DNA of 63,285 nucleotides, filler included, from Octopus bimaculoides (GCF_001194135.2; 5 parts of 5 records of this genome joined end to end with filler, not necessarily neighbours in it), one strand, 5' to 3'. Counted from the whole stretch's first letter, positions 38,483 to 51,235 are shown. The notes: generated by a model not told the origin, from the sequence alone. Translations and numbers: made by a program.

Positions 38483-39606
38483 CAGCATGTGCATTTGACG
38501 GGAAAAGAAGAGAGAGAACGGCCATTTGGAATAACTTACGTTGAGTCAAGACTATCGTGGATAACACTATAAGACGTCTTTCTATTTAGGACTATGACTA
38601 GAAATTAGTTTCTTTGAACCAGGATTTACTGGTTATATATTACAACACATAAACAAGAGACAACATATTATGATAGATTTTCAGGCTACATAACAACAAC
38701 AACAATAACCAATCAGAAAATATATCAAGAACTTTCTCATTAATTCACCTGCTTACACATAAATAACAACATTTTAGTTCTCTTTTCCAAAAGTCATTAT
38801 TAACTGTGTGTTTTCTAATTTATTCATTTTACCAATCATGCTAAACTGGATTTTATGAAATTTCAGTAATATCTTTAATACAATTACTTTACAGCTAACC
38901 TTTCACATGGAAATTACGAACGCAACCTGTTCTCAGTCATTTTGACAAAGTGGACAAAAACATGGGAACACAGAAGTCAGATGATAAATATTAAGGACGG
39001 TGTCATTGATTGTATTGCATTTTGCAGCTAGCATCTATCTTAAAAAAATAGAGAAAATGGTTGTCTACACAGGAAACCATAGTTTTCTACATGGATAAAG
39101 ACAATATTGAGTGGATGTAATGATAGATTTACTATCAGTGACAAAAGACAAGTTGTTCGCACTTGTAATGCATTTCATTGTAACTCTACCAGATTATAGG
39201 AGTTATCTGCTCAAACAATAACATCAACAATAAACTATCTGTAAACTTAGTAAAAACTGTAAAACACAAATATTGTCATTAACTCACCTGTTTACACCTA
39301 ATCAAAAACATATTTTTCCCTATTCCAAAAGACTAAATTAAATCTATCATGTTTTCTAATTTATCCACATTACCAGCTGCACTAACCTCAGTGGATAATT
39401 CATGAAATTTCAGTAATATCGCTATCATCATCATCATCATCATCATCATTTAACGTCCACCATCCATGTTAGCATGGACGGAATTAGTTTACAGCTAAAT
39501 ATTTCAATTGAAATGTAGGAATGGAAGTTGTTTTCAGTCATTCTGACTATCAGAGTAATTCAGGTGATTTATAGAAATCAATTAAGTACAGTTATTTTAC
39601 ACTCAC

Positions 39607-39678
39607 CAACTTGTAGTGCCTTTCTTTCAGAAGTTGGTACCGCTGCCTGGACTTGCTTGTTCACCAACTTGAGATTCT
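39607..39678 (-). CDS. Linker exon B (E-NLKLVNKQVQAAVPTSERKALQV), symmetric phase 1/1
   Basis: atttatttcag acceptor, gtgagt donor; 72 nt, open. Same length and end sequences as exon D. Confidence 0.65.
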
Positions 39679-40429
39679 CTGAAATAAATATTTCTAGTTT
39701 TTACATTTTATAGTAAAATATTTTAAATCTCAATTAACAATCTATACTCCATTATTGTGAGAGGTTCCGATTATCAATGGTCAACTGGTGACCAATATGG
39801 TTTTGGTCAACATCTTGTTGCTTTCAACAGTGGTACCATGTAATTGCTCAATACTTAGATCCACAACAAAATAGACTGACCTTCCTAAATCCCTTCTCTC
39901 TGTTAAGACAAATAATCTAACAATGTTCCAATTATCTTATTTAATTATCCTTTGATAACAATGTTTGTCTCTAAGTTTTGTCTTTCTTTTCTTATATCTG
40001 TACCAAATGTATTACATGGCATTGGCCTCAAAACCCTAGACTTCACTAACCACCATTCCTCTTTGGCTTAATTCCAAAGTCATCCAAGTTGGTCCTGGAA
40101 GATCCAGTCACAAACACACGAAACACCACTTTGAGTACGATGAAGATACACTGGCTCTCTTTGATAAATGCTGCTGGTAATCATTAATTCTAACTCCCCA
40201 CATTACAGTCCATCAGAATATCATCTGATTCAAGAAACATTTCAAGACATTCGAATGTTATATCCTCCTTCATAAAGCGGCTTTTTTGAACAATGATTAG
40301 ATCAACACAGGTGGAACAGAAACAGGTATCAGATGTTGTAAAACACTGTACACTTGCACAGACCCTCATTAACAGCATATACCTATTCATCCACACATTA
40401 TTGCAGTGAAAATGGTACAATAGAGCTGG

Positions 40430-40880
40430 TTTGCAAGAATACAGTTCAGAAATCCATTACCTTTGTTGGTAATAAAGGTTTCTTCCACAGAGTGGGAGGC
40501 AGATTGTATAAAGCCTGTGTATGAAGAACTATGCTCGAGTGGAGTGAAACATGGGCTGTGAACATTGAAGGCGTGCAAAGGCTTGGAAAAAATGAAGCCA
40601 GCATGCTTCACTAGATGTGTAATGTAAGTGTACAGGTACAACAAAGTCTGAATGTTTTAAAAGAAACATTGGGCATCAGATGTAGCGCACAAGGGAGAAG
40701 ACTGTGTTAGTATGGTCATATAATGTGTATGGATGAGGTCTATTGCATAAAGAGGTGCTGATATCCAAATGTGGAGAGAGGTTCTGAAAAAGGAACACCT
40801 GGGAAGACTGGGCTGAAATAGAGAGAAATGATTCTTAGATGTTGAATCTAAGAGACAATTGACAGTTTGCTGTGCTTCAG
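40430..40880 (+). mobile_element. RTE/RTE-X LINE 3' fragment
   Basis: Frameshifted GRLYKACV..TML..SETWAV....QRL.KNEASML..MC, and later PGKTW-like motif. Confidence 0.7.
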
Positions 40881-40919
40881 AACACACCACCCACCTAAAT
40901 AAAATAAAGGTCATAAACA

Positions 40920-41495
40920 CATTTCAGTCTCCCAAAAATGCCCTCCACACAAACACAATCAACTGAAACCAGAGTGTCTTTTTTGGTCAGCTAAAAGCAG
41001 TTTTGGCACAAACTTGGCAGACACACGTCTCATACCCAAATCTTCAGTGATAATAGACTGAACTGGACAATAACTAATCTTCACATCCTCTGATAACTCA
41101 CGGATGGTGAGTCAACGATTTCCCCTCACAGCTGCAGGCACATCTGTGATGTTTTTCTCAGTTCTGCTGGTTGCATGTCTCGCAGAACGTTCGTCAATAT
41201 AGACATTTTTTCGACCATCTTGGAAACGTCTGAACCACTCGTACACTTGTGTGCAGCTCATACACTCCTCCCTATACATTTTCTCCAGCCTTGCATAAGC
41301 CTCTGAGCAGGTATCATCAAGGTCAGTGTGATGACCACACACTACACACCTTCATTGCAAACACTGCTGTAAACAGCGGATGTGAGCTAGTTTGTAAAAA
41401 CTTGGTGCATATGCACAGTAGAGTTTAAGGTCAATCTTTTCCAAGCGGCTTCACTCTGTGTGCTTTAGCTTCCTTATTATATCAACAGTCCAGAT
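40920..41495 (-). mobile_element. Mariner transposase N-terminal (HTH) fragment
   Basis: EAYARLEKMYREECMSCTQVYEWFRRFQDGRKNV..DERSAR..TSRT, continuing RLTIRELSEDV..EDLGMRRVSAKFVPKLL. Confidence 0.85.
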
Positions 41496-44140
41496 GCTTA
41501 TTGATCAGATTATGTATTGTGAGACATTCCTATCGTCAATGGTCAACCAGCAACCCCTATTGTTTCTGGTCAATAGGTTTATACTTTCAGCAGTGGCCCC
41601 ATGTAATAGCCCAATATTTAGATCCACAACAAAATTAATTGACCTTATTAAACCTCATCTCTCTATTAAGACATCCTACATATTGCATTTAATTATCGCT
41701 CGACAACAGTTTTAATCTTAGTTGTTTTGTTTCTTTTTTTTATATATCTGTACCAAATCTATGACGTGTCATTGTCCTCTCGCCTCTAGACATCACTAAC
41801 CATCATTCTCCTCATCTGCTTAATTCCAATGTCAACCAAGGGGGTCACCAAAGATCTAGCCACAAACACTTCAAGAAGAATAAACATATAACTGCTCTCT
41901 TTGCTAAAGGTTGCTTTTGGTAATCCCTAATTCTGATTCCTCACATCAGAGTTCATCAGAATGTTACCTGATTCAGGAAATATTTAAATATCATTCATCT
42001 TTAATAAAGCAGCCATTTTTCAGGTGAGCAATGATTAATTCTACACAGATGGAACAGAAAGTGATATCAGGTGTCGTAAAACATTGTAACTTGTACAAAA
42101 CATCGTTCATCATCCTCATTTAATATCCACTCTCCATGCTGGCAGGGTTAAATGGCTTGACCGAAACTGATAAGCTGAAGAGCTGCACCAGGTTCCAGTC
42201 TGATTTGGCATGGTCTCTATGGCTGGATGCCCTTCCTAACACCAACCAATCAAGGAGTGTAATGGGTGCTTTGACATGTCACTGACATGAATGTCATTTG
42301 CATAACACTAGCAACAATCATGACTACGATGCACAGGTACCCTTTGCATGGTACTCTCAACAAACACAACTACAGTTCAGGAGTGTCCTTTCCATGGAAC
42401 CATCGATGACCATGACTGTGATTAGGATTCACGGGTGCCATTTACAAGGCAGCAGATATGGCCTGACTCCAATTTCATGCTTGCCATTTACATACTCTCA
42501 CTATAAAACGTCATTAATTTGTCTTTCTGTTTCTTTAAGTCATACACCATGCTGGTCTATGACAACACCATATTCTTCAGTGAGCCACTACCGTAGACAC
42601 AGCACAATTAAGTCTCTGTAGTAGCTCCACTTCTGCATTATTGATAATGATAAATGTTTCCTTTTCTTTTACTCACTGTTATCCACTGGAGTATTGGCAA
42701 TTGTTTTTGATATTTCCAGTGTAAATTATATACAAAGTCACAAGAAGCAACACAAAGACAGCAAACTGCAAATGGACGTTATCTCTCTATGAATGCTGAG
42801 ACACAAATGATGCTTGGTGGTAAGTGGCAGCTGACCTACCAAGCACTGCCAAGTCATGCTTGAGTGAGTAGGGTTACAGTGATCAGCTGTTTGAGCACCA
42901 AACATCCCATTACAGCATGCTTCACCCTCCACAAAAATGTTTGGTTTTGGGGTCTTTCTAGATTTTAGATTTCCAGATAAAGGATTGTGTATCTGTTTAA
43001 TATATGTTCTGGGTATAAACCCCAAGAGATTACATGTTATATTAAAAATTAAACTATTGTAATAATTTGAGGTATTTATAAGACGTTGAATCACGAAGAA
43101 TTACTGGAGGACATTACCACAATCAGTATTTAATATCCGTTTTCTAAACTGGTATGGGTTGGATGATATGATAGGAGCTGTCAAGCCAGAAAGCTGCACC
43201 AGGTCCCATATCTTTGGCATGGTTTCAATGGCTGGATGCCCTTGTTAATGCCAATCACTTCACAGAATGTACTGGGTCTTTCTATGTGGCACCATGACTG
43301 GCATCACCCAATCAGTGCATGGGAGCACAGAAATCAGATGGTAAATGATGAGGACAGTATCATTTATTCTATTGAAACTAGCAGCCAGTATCTTTCTTGA
43401 AGAGAGAGGGGGGGGTTGTCTGAGGAGGAAAGTAGAGTCTTCTAAAGTAAAGACAATGTTTAGTAAAGATGGAGTTAAAACAAATTTTAGTGGACGTAAT
43501 GATAGTGAAAAGAGACAGAGTTCACACGTTGAACAATTTTCACCATAGCATCTGGTTAAACAAATACAGCCACAGCAATAACCAGTCAGTAGACTCTGTA
43601 AACATATAAAACAAACAATCACTTTGTCTTTAACTCATCTGTTTTTCCCCTACAGAACAAAATAATTTTAGTTCCCTCTTCCAAAAGACATTATCAACTC
43701 TAATTCAGCCATTTTACCAACAGTGCTAACCTTAGAGGACATCTTATTAAATTTCAGTAATATATTCAAGGGGTTTCTTGACTGGGAATAACAGCTACTG
43801 CTGCTTGTAATTGTATACAGAGAGAGAGAGAGAGCGAGAGAGAGACCACAGGGAGATGATAGACACAGTGAATAATCTCCAAAAGGGGAGAGAACCGCTT
43901 CAGGGTTACGCTTCGTCTTTTGTATTTTTTCCTATCTTGAGAGACTTTTTTCCTATGAGTAAAAGATAATCTCATGTTTCCATATTTTTATAAAATCCAA
44001 AAGGATAGAATTACTTTATAGCTAACCATTTAAATTAAATGCAGAAATGGAACCTGCTCTCAGTCATTCTGACAAACAAGTTGACTCTGGTGAAGGTAAA
44101 CTTTATGGAAATCAATTAGGTACTGTTAATTAATACTCAC

Positions 44141-44189
44141 CAGCTGTCTAACACCGTCTGGACTTCCTTCTCTTCCATCTTTGGAATCT
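44141..44189 (-). pseudogene. Degenerate paralogue of the linker/death-domain exon (pseudo-exon A, EIPKMEEKEVQTVLDS)
   Basis: Sits at the homologous module position with an intact gtgagta donor. The acceptor reads ttttgg instead of tttcag, and the 49-nt length breaks the phase-1/1 symmetry. Confidence 0.45.
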
Positions 44190-44739
44190 CCAAAATGTGT
44201 GCTTCCGACTTTTATACTTTATAACAAAATTTCTTTATCCCTATTAGTAATCTATATTTTATGATCATGAGAAATCTCTTTCATCAATGACCAACTGATG
44301 ACCCCAATGGCTTTGGTCAGTATTTTTAGTTTCAAGTGTTACTGCTTAGTATCTCAACACTTCGGTTCACAACAATATAGACTAGCCTTCCTAAATCTCC
44401 TCTCTCTCCATAATCTAACAATGATGTAACTATCTCATTTAATTATCTCTTGATAATGTAATAATATAATCACAGTTCAATACTAATTTAACATTCAATA
44501 AAAATAATCTAACGATCAATATTCTCATATTTAATCTTTTTTTTTTGTTTTTTTTTTTGCATTTACAACTATGGTGTATATATTCTAACTGGAGACATTC
44601 TGAGTGTGTAAAATATGTTGTAATTTCTCCAACATTCCAAAACAACCGATTTAACAATCAGACTCATTTATACTGGCCCTTCAACTCTCGCAGTTGAGAT
44701 TTTGTCATTGAAATTCCTACATTACAAAGCTGGCTCTGA

Positions 44740-45070
44740 TGTTGTTTTTAATCATTAGCTTTTGGCACATAAAAAGCACCATTCGAGCATGGCTCATGCC
44801 AGTGCCATCTGACTGTCACCCATGCTAGTGGCACATAGAAAGCTCCATTAGAGTGGTCCATGCCAGTGCCACCCCACTTGTTCTTGTGCCAGTGGTACAT
44901 AAAAATCACCCACAACACGTTCAGAGTGGTTGGCTTTAGGAAGGGCATCCAGCTGTAGAAACCTTGCCAAATCAGATTGGAGCCTGGTGCAGCTTCCCAA
45001 ATTGCCAGTCCTCAGTCAAACCATCCAACACATGCCAGCATGGAAAGCAGACGTTAAATGATGATGATGA
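44740..45070 (+). mobile_element. SINE 3' region (related copies ~36004-36200, 36750-36920, 42110-42300, 43130-43320)
   Basis: ggaagggcatccagctgtagaaac..ccaacacatgccagcatggaaagcagacgttaaatgatgatg motif, recurring in both orientations. Confidence 0.7.
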
Positions 45071-45379
45071 TGATAACAACTGGGACCTTTGAGATTTGTT
45101 GATATCTCAGTTAGTCGACATTTATCGTTCAGTAAAATGCATTAATGTTATGTTGTAGACAGTACCCTCTTGATGTGTGACAAGTTTCCTACTTGGATAA
45201 AGACAATATTCAGTGGGTGTAGTCATAGAAATACTGTCAAAAAGAAAAGGCACCTGGAACTTTTTTATCAAAAGTCTGTCAGATTCTCACAGACCTGGGT
45301 CTACAACAAAATGAAATACATCATTGCCCACCATAAATTCCATGAGACAAACAGGCAGGTCATCAAAAAGTATCCTTAC

Positions 45380-45519
45380 CAAAACCTCTTCGTCTGTTCA
45401 TACATGTTCTGCACTTGGGGCATCTTTTAAGTTTAATTGTGTAGCACTCTCCACATACCGCATTATGTGCACAGGGTTGTAACTCCACAGTGGCCTCATT
45501 TACTTCACAAAGCATACAC
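45380..45519 (-). CDS. RING-HC (C3HC4, MIB/IAP-like) exon: CMLCEVNEATVELQPCAHNAVCGECYTIKLKRCPKCRTCMNRRRGF
   Basis: Acceptor ttttcttctgcag, donor gtaagg; 140 nt, phase 2 to 1. All eight Zn ligands are present (C-x2-C...C-x-H-x3-C-x2-C...C-x2-C). Confidence 0.9.
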
Positions 45520-45949
45520 CTGCAGAAGAAAATAAAAACACATTCCACCTATAACATTCATTTGTAACAAATATTACATCGTGTCCATGTTTACAGTACA
45601 GAATATTATGAGGCACTGCAATGTCCAGAGTGAGGAACATGGCTTAGTGGTTAGGCTATTGGACTCATGATTGTGTAGTTATAGTTTCATGTTTGAAGCA
45701 TCAATATGTGAAACTGCCAGGAAATATCGATGAGATGCAGTACATGATAGGAGAACAGAGGATATAAAAGAAGGTGCAACAGAGCGTCCAACCATATCAA
45801 GTGGGTGACTAATATTTGAACTATGTTTAGCAACAAAATTGGATGGTAAAATGTTCTGAAAGTTTGTTTGTTCAACAACAGAGGCTGCCTCACTCTCTAG
45901 TTGGCTTTTTTCGCAATCCCTACACACGTCAATTTATAGGCAATCCCAA

Positions 45950-47030
45950 AAGACTGTACAGAGCTTATTGCTGAATACTACACTGGCAATTTTACAGTTG
46001 GAAATTCAAATGAACCATCTTTACTGCTCCCGAGATCAAATTCCATGTCACTTGTTGAATTTATTTCTACAATGCTGTGATGCCAATGGAAGTTTTGAAG
46101 GTGTTATTTGTCTGCTTCTCAAAGGGTGCATCCTTTTTCTATACTTCTAATTCAGCTTAACCCAGTATAATGGAAAATTGCCTGTGTTATTCCTCTTCTC
46201 AAAAAGGTTGGCCAGACATCACCTGTTGATAACCATCCAGTCAGTCTCACTGAATTAACGGTTTCCTGTGAAAGAGAGACATTCTGAAACACCTGAACTC
46301 TCAACCTTATTGATTTGGATTCCTAACTGTAACTGCAGTGGTCAAGTCAACCCATTGATTTTCTTGAAGACATCACCTAAACCACAGATGGTGGTTCATA
46401 GGTGGATGTTATCTATCTCAACTTCACCAAAGCCTTTAATTTTATGCCACACAAACGAATTATGGCAAAAATGTCTGCAATGGATGCGAGGCCTAAATTT
46501 TATAACTAGTTGAAGTCTTTACATTCTCAGTTGAAAAGAAATTGTCACAGTACTAGGATAACATTCTGCACCCAATACAGAAGATCTGTAGGGAACTGTT
46601 CTTCGTCTTCTGTTACTTCTTGTATGTGTTAACTAAATCCATGCCAACTATATGCCATAGATCATTCCTTTAATCTCACCTGGACACAATGCAGTAATGG
46701 ATTGCTGACTGGAAACAGAAGTTGGCTATAAACAGGTGCACCACCATACAATATGGGAGGAAAAGCCCAGAATTTATCAACTCCTTTCAAAACACCAAAC
46801 TTAAGAATTCTATCAGTGACCTTGACCTTGGCATTAATCTCAACAATGGTCCTTGATGGATGAACCACATTCTCAAAATCATCAAAAAGATTAAAGTTGT
46901 CTTAGCATCAATCAATCAGTCTGCCATTTATGGCCAATCTATTTAAAGTTAAATATGGCTATCATATGTCCACACAGTTTGCATCTCCAATCTGGAACCC
47001 CATCTTANNNNNNNNNNNNNNNNNNNNNNN
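45950..47030 (+). mobile_element. Decayed CR1-clade RT fragment
   Basis: VDVIYLNFTKAFNFMPHKRI, and later W..DWKQKLA.NRC motifs across stops and frameshifts. Confidence 0.7.
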
Positions 47031-48081
47031 NNNNNNNNNNNNNNNNNNNNNNNNNNNNNNNNNNNNNNNNATGTTTACAAAGTAAAAAGGAACACCCATG
47101 GCTTTTGGAAATATCTCTCTTCACTCAGAATTAAGCACAGAATAAACTACCCAAGTCAGTTTTTAGCTATCAGGACACTGCATCTTTAGAAACTTCCATG
47201 TTTCCTGAAGTGCACCAACGCCACCCCAGATGTTCCTATGCACCCTTTTCTTTTCTGTTTCGTTGTGTTTTATTCTATGTATCGTGCATGTACTTCTAGC
47301 TTTCAATGCTGTCATTATTTGATTAGCTGCTGCTTTCTGTCCCCTCTTTTACTCTTTTCCAGTAAGTTGTAGTACATCTGAGCTCCGTTATAAATTATAT
47401 TATTATTATTATTATAATGTTCCCATAAAAAAATCCTACCAATGCTTGTATATCGAATGAAGCAGAACCACATTTATACAGTCCAAAAATCAATGTCTAT
47501 AAACAATATCTCAATTTCAAGAGACAAAGAAAGTTAAGTATATTCTCTAAGAGAATAATGTGTCTGCTTCAACAGCAGTTAATATAGACAAATGTATGGC
47601 AATGAAATTGCTGAAACTGATAAAATACAGGAGTTTAAGGTGACCAAGAAGCCTAAAACATGAGGAATGGTTTATATTTTACTAGAAATATTTGTTTTCT
47701 GGCAATTCTCTTTTGTGGAGATATGTGGCAATGTTACTTCTAAATAGCAATTTCAAAATGTGTTCATTAACTTTATTATTTAGTTGTACATTTTCTTATT
47801 GGTTACAAATCTTTAAAATAGGGAATTAAGGGAGGTAGGCGGGGGTGAACAGTGTCAAGACAACCAATTATGCAAATGTAATCAAAATAAAGGTCTCTCA
47901 TTGATCTCTCAACAACTACATTTTGTTTATTGTTCTTCTTAGTATTATTGTATAGCCTCTCATCAATACACTAGTGACAGTATAATGTATTGGTAGAAGT
48001 AAGACAATACAAACATAAAAACATGATTACATACAAAATAAACAATAATGGTTTATCTTCTCTTTCCCAGTGAATACTTAC

Positions 48082-48257
48082 CGTGATTGTAAAAATGTTT
48101 GTAATTTTTCTTTCAAAGCTTGATTGGTAATGTAGTCCAGCGGTGTATTTCCTCTGCTATTTTTATGGTAAAAGTCGGCACCCTGGCGGGCTAGATAGCA
48201 AGCAACCACCACACCAGAGAGCCTATTATCTTTGCTTCGTTTGAGCTCAGTGCAGCA
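48082..48257 (-). CDS. Internal exon of ANK-RING-death domain gene: last ankyrin-like repeat (CCTELKRSKDNRLSGVVVACYLARQGADFYHKNSRGNTPLDY...), phase 0 to 2
   Basis: Acceptor tttgtag and donor gtaagta on the minus strand; 176 nt, open frame. GADxxxKNxxGxTPLD is an ankyrin junction motif. The phase-2 end (CG) joins the RING exon in frame. Confidence 0.8.
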
Positions 48258-48651
48258 CTACAAATGATGAAATATAAAATGACGAGTACAATACTACACA
48301 AATACATGGTAAAGATGACCCAACTTACACAACAGTTCAACTACATATACACATAGTTTGTCGATCTGGTGATTAAAATGTTTACACAATATTGAGGTAT
48401 TGAGTTCTTACATCATCTATAGTTCATTTCTCATTATCATTTGTTTTTACTTTACTTTCTCCATTAAGACAATATTTATGATCATTATATTGAGCAAAAC
48501 ACACATTATTGGTTAACATCAAGATTGATGATACNNNNNNNNNNNNNNNNNNNNNNNNNNNNNNNNNNNNNNNNNNNNTTAATTAATTAANNNNNNNNNN
48601 NNNNNNNNNNNNNNNNNNNNNNNNNNNNNNNNNNTATATATATATATATAC

Positions 48652-48685
<34 letters not shown>

Positions 48686-49174
48686 ATTTATGTATGTATG
48701 TATATATAAGTGTGTGTGTATATACGTGTATCTCCACGTATATGAAGATCTATAACAACAATCAAGGCTTTATATATAATATCTGTAAAAATGCACATAC
48801 GTTGTGTCTAAGAATATATGTGCATGTGTGTTTGTGTGTGTTTGTGTGTGTGTGTGTGTATGTGTATTTGTGTGTGTGTGTTTATGTCTTTCTGTCTGTC
48901 TGCCAGTGTGTCTGTGGTACTCTGTGTTTCTGTGTATGTGCGCGTTTTGTAAGTTATAACTAATAAATATTTTATATCCTGTAAATATTACCTATGAAAC
49001 CTAATACGTTTGAATAGGCTGGATAGATGCATATATTTTACGATAAAAAACTTTGTCTACTCTGAGTTTCCCCTTGGCAGATCACGACTCTCAGCTGGCT
49101 GACGACAATCGTGATGAGCCGAAGGCAAAACTCAGAGTACAGTGGCGTTTATTATTATTATTATTGATATGGAT

Positions 49175-49213
<39 letters not shown>

Positions 49214-51020
49214 NNNNNNNNNNNNNNNNNNNNNNNNNNNNNNNNNNNNNNNNNNNNNNNNNNNNNNNNNNNNNNNNNNNNNNNNNNNNNNNNNNNNNNN
49301 NNNNNNNNNNNNNNNNNNNNNNNNNNNNNNNNNNNNNNNNNNNNNNNNNNNNNNNNNTATATATATCTGTATGTATGTGTGTGTGAGAGAGAGTTTATAT
49401 GTACACATATATTATTATATTTATTCACATATGTGTCTGTGCGTATGTATATATATGAATGCTACTGTTTGTGCGTGTGTATGCGAGTGAAGAGCATTCA
49501 TAACCTTAAATCTACTACTGTTGACGTGTAATATAGTTCATCTGTGTAACCCAACTACTTTGTCAGGGGAAGCGATCGCTGGAAATATTCTGTACGAAAA
49601 TCAAAACAAAGTTTTGATGGAATCATAGCAGATCCCGATCATCCAATACAAACTATATACTGTCTAGCGTCAACTTAGGTGAGAAGAGATGTGTTACACG
49701 ACAAACCTCTTCCGGTGATAAGCTCCGGTAGCCTCAGAATCAGTGTATCTTGCCCTTTGATTGTTCACTGTGAGAGTTCTAAAGGTAACTGGAAAAGCTA
49801 TTAACCATTAAAGCTTTTGCAGTTATCCTTTGAAGCAATGTTGTTAAGTGAAAAATACATCATATTGATCTTCGACCGGGCTGCCATGGATTTTGTTACT
49901 TGACTCCCGTTCAAAGTAGAAGTTGAAAATTTTCCAGGATTCATGAAATCTTGCCTTTGTTTTAGTCGGTAGAATGTCTGAATATTGCTAGACCGAGCAG
50001 GGAAGCTCATCATCAGACCCTGTAGACATCAATACAGGTGCCGTTTTTGAAAGGTATGTTTCAGGATAGGATAGTATATTGGATATTAGGTAGAAGTTTT
50101 ATTTTGGCGAGAAAACCAGCAGATAAGATACATGCGAACATACATGGTTTACCATAAGAATATTATCATGGCCATACCGTATTATATCCCAAACCAACTA
50201 TTATTAGTGACTGGATAAGGTAAGAGTTCGTGATAGAAAAGGATGGCATGCCACTTTCATTATATTTATGGCATGCCACTTTCATCATAACCCCACTAAA
50301 ATCAATCGGAATACTATAGGAAAGCTTTTCTGCAGCACTCCTAAAATAATTGCATGCGGAATGCTCCAAAGAAGACTAAATGACGCAGGTAGGTAATCCA
50401 GTGACAACGTTAGATCAGAAGCTGCAAAGTGACCTTGTGCTGTTGGTAAACACAATGTGGTACGTCGAAAACAGATAGGGTATCTCTTAATTCTTACTCT
50501 GAACAAAATGTCATTATTACTAACGCCATCTTCAAATAGAAGGGAGAACAAAATATGAAAAGGATGCGTTCGTGTCCGTAACATTTCTGTCTATCAGATA
50601 TCCCCCATTACTGGTTTGAACAGGACAGAATTCATATGTATTTCACAGGAGATAAGTAGGGCAAAGTATAGAGTGTATTAGCAATTGCTTTGATTGAAGA
50701 TTGTCTTCTCGTTAGTAACCAAACGGAACAGGATCCTGTTATCCTAAAACAAATGAATTAGCAACGGAGAGGTCCGGAGGTAGGAATGCAAAGGTATACA
50801 TGATTTTCTGTAATTGTGGGGAAAAACAAAACCAGGAAGTTTCAGTGAACCTACGAGTATGACATAGATAAAGATGTGTTGAGTAAACTAACTTGGAATC
50901 ATCATAAATAACTGTTTGTGGGAATACTACACTTCACTGTTAGATCAACACAAAGGAGCTCGCCAAAACTGTTTACAAGCCCCAAACACAGTTTCAAAGT
51001 AAGAGGAGTGTTTAGGAATA

Positions 51021-51235
51021 TACGACGGGTCCTGAAAAGTTACTTCCTTTGGGTATTATAATAAACAAGTGGATCAGTTAAATATGACTTTGTTAAACGT
51101 ATTCCTCTCTCAAACTCACACACTGCAGCGACCCTTCAGTTATTTTAAGCTCTGTAAAAGAACTCAGAAGTTTGGGCCTACGACAACCCTTTCGCAATAC
51201 GCTTAAAACCAGCAATTTTTCAGCAGTCCCTCGTA
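51021..51235. mobile_element. Mariner-type MITE with TA target-site duplication
   Basis: TA|cgacgggtcctgaaaagtt ... aattttcagcagtccctcg|TA imperfect terminal inverted repeats. Confidence 0.65.

Larger units (their letters stand above)
31840..44480 (-). repeat. Tandem array of paralogous exon+intron modules (approx. 31840-32900; 34420-35170 plus 36215-36520; 38720-40420; 41500-42100; 43330-44480)
   Basis: Shared blocks recur in order, e.g. atcaatggtcaactggtgacc, ccacaacaaaatagat, ttatatctgtgccaaat, caggtgagcaatgattag and ggataaagacaat. Confidence 0.85.

Noticed and set aside
48330-48366. Minus-strand gtaagt donor just upstream of the ankyrin exon
   Set aside because: The candidate exon ends in phase 1 whereas the next exon needs phase 0; the 12-nt alternative is unsupported.
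49990-50020. Minus-strand CTGATGA followed by a GAGC/GCTC hairpin
   Set aside because: Not followed by GAAA.
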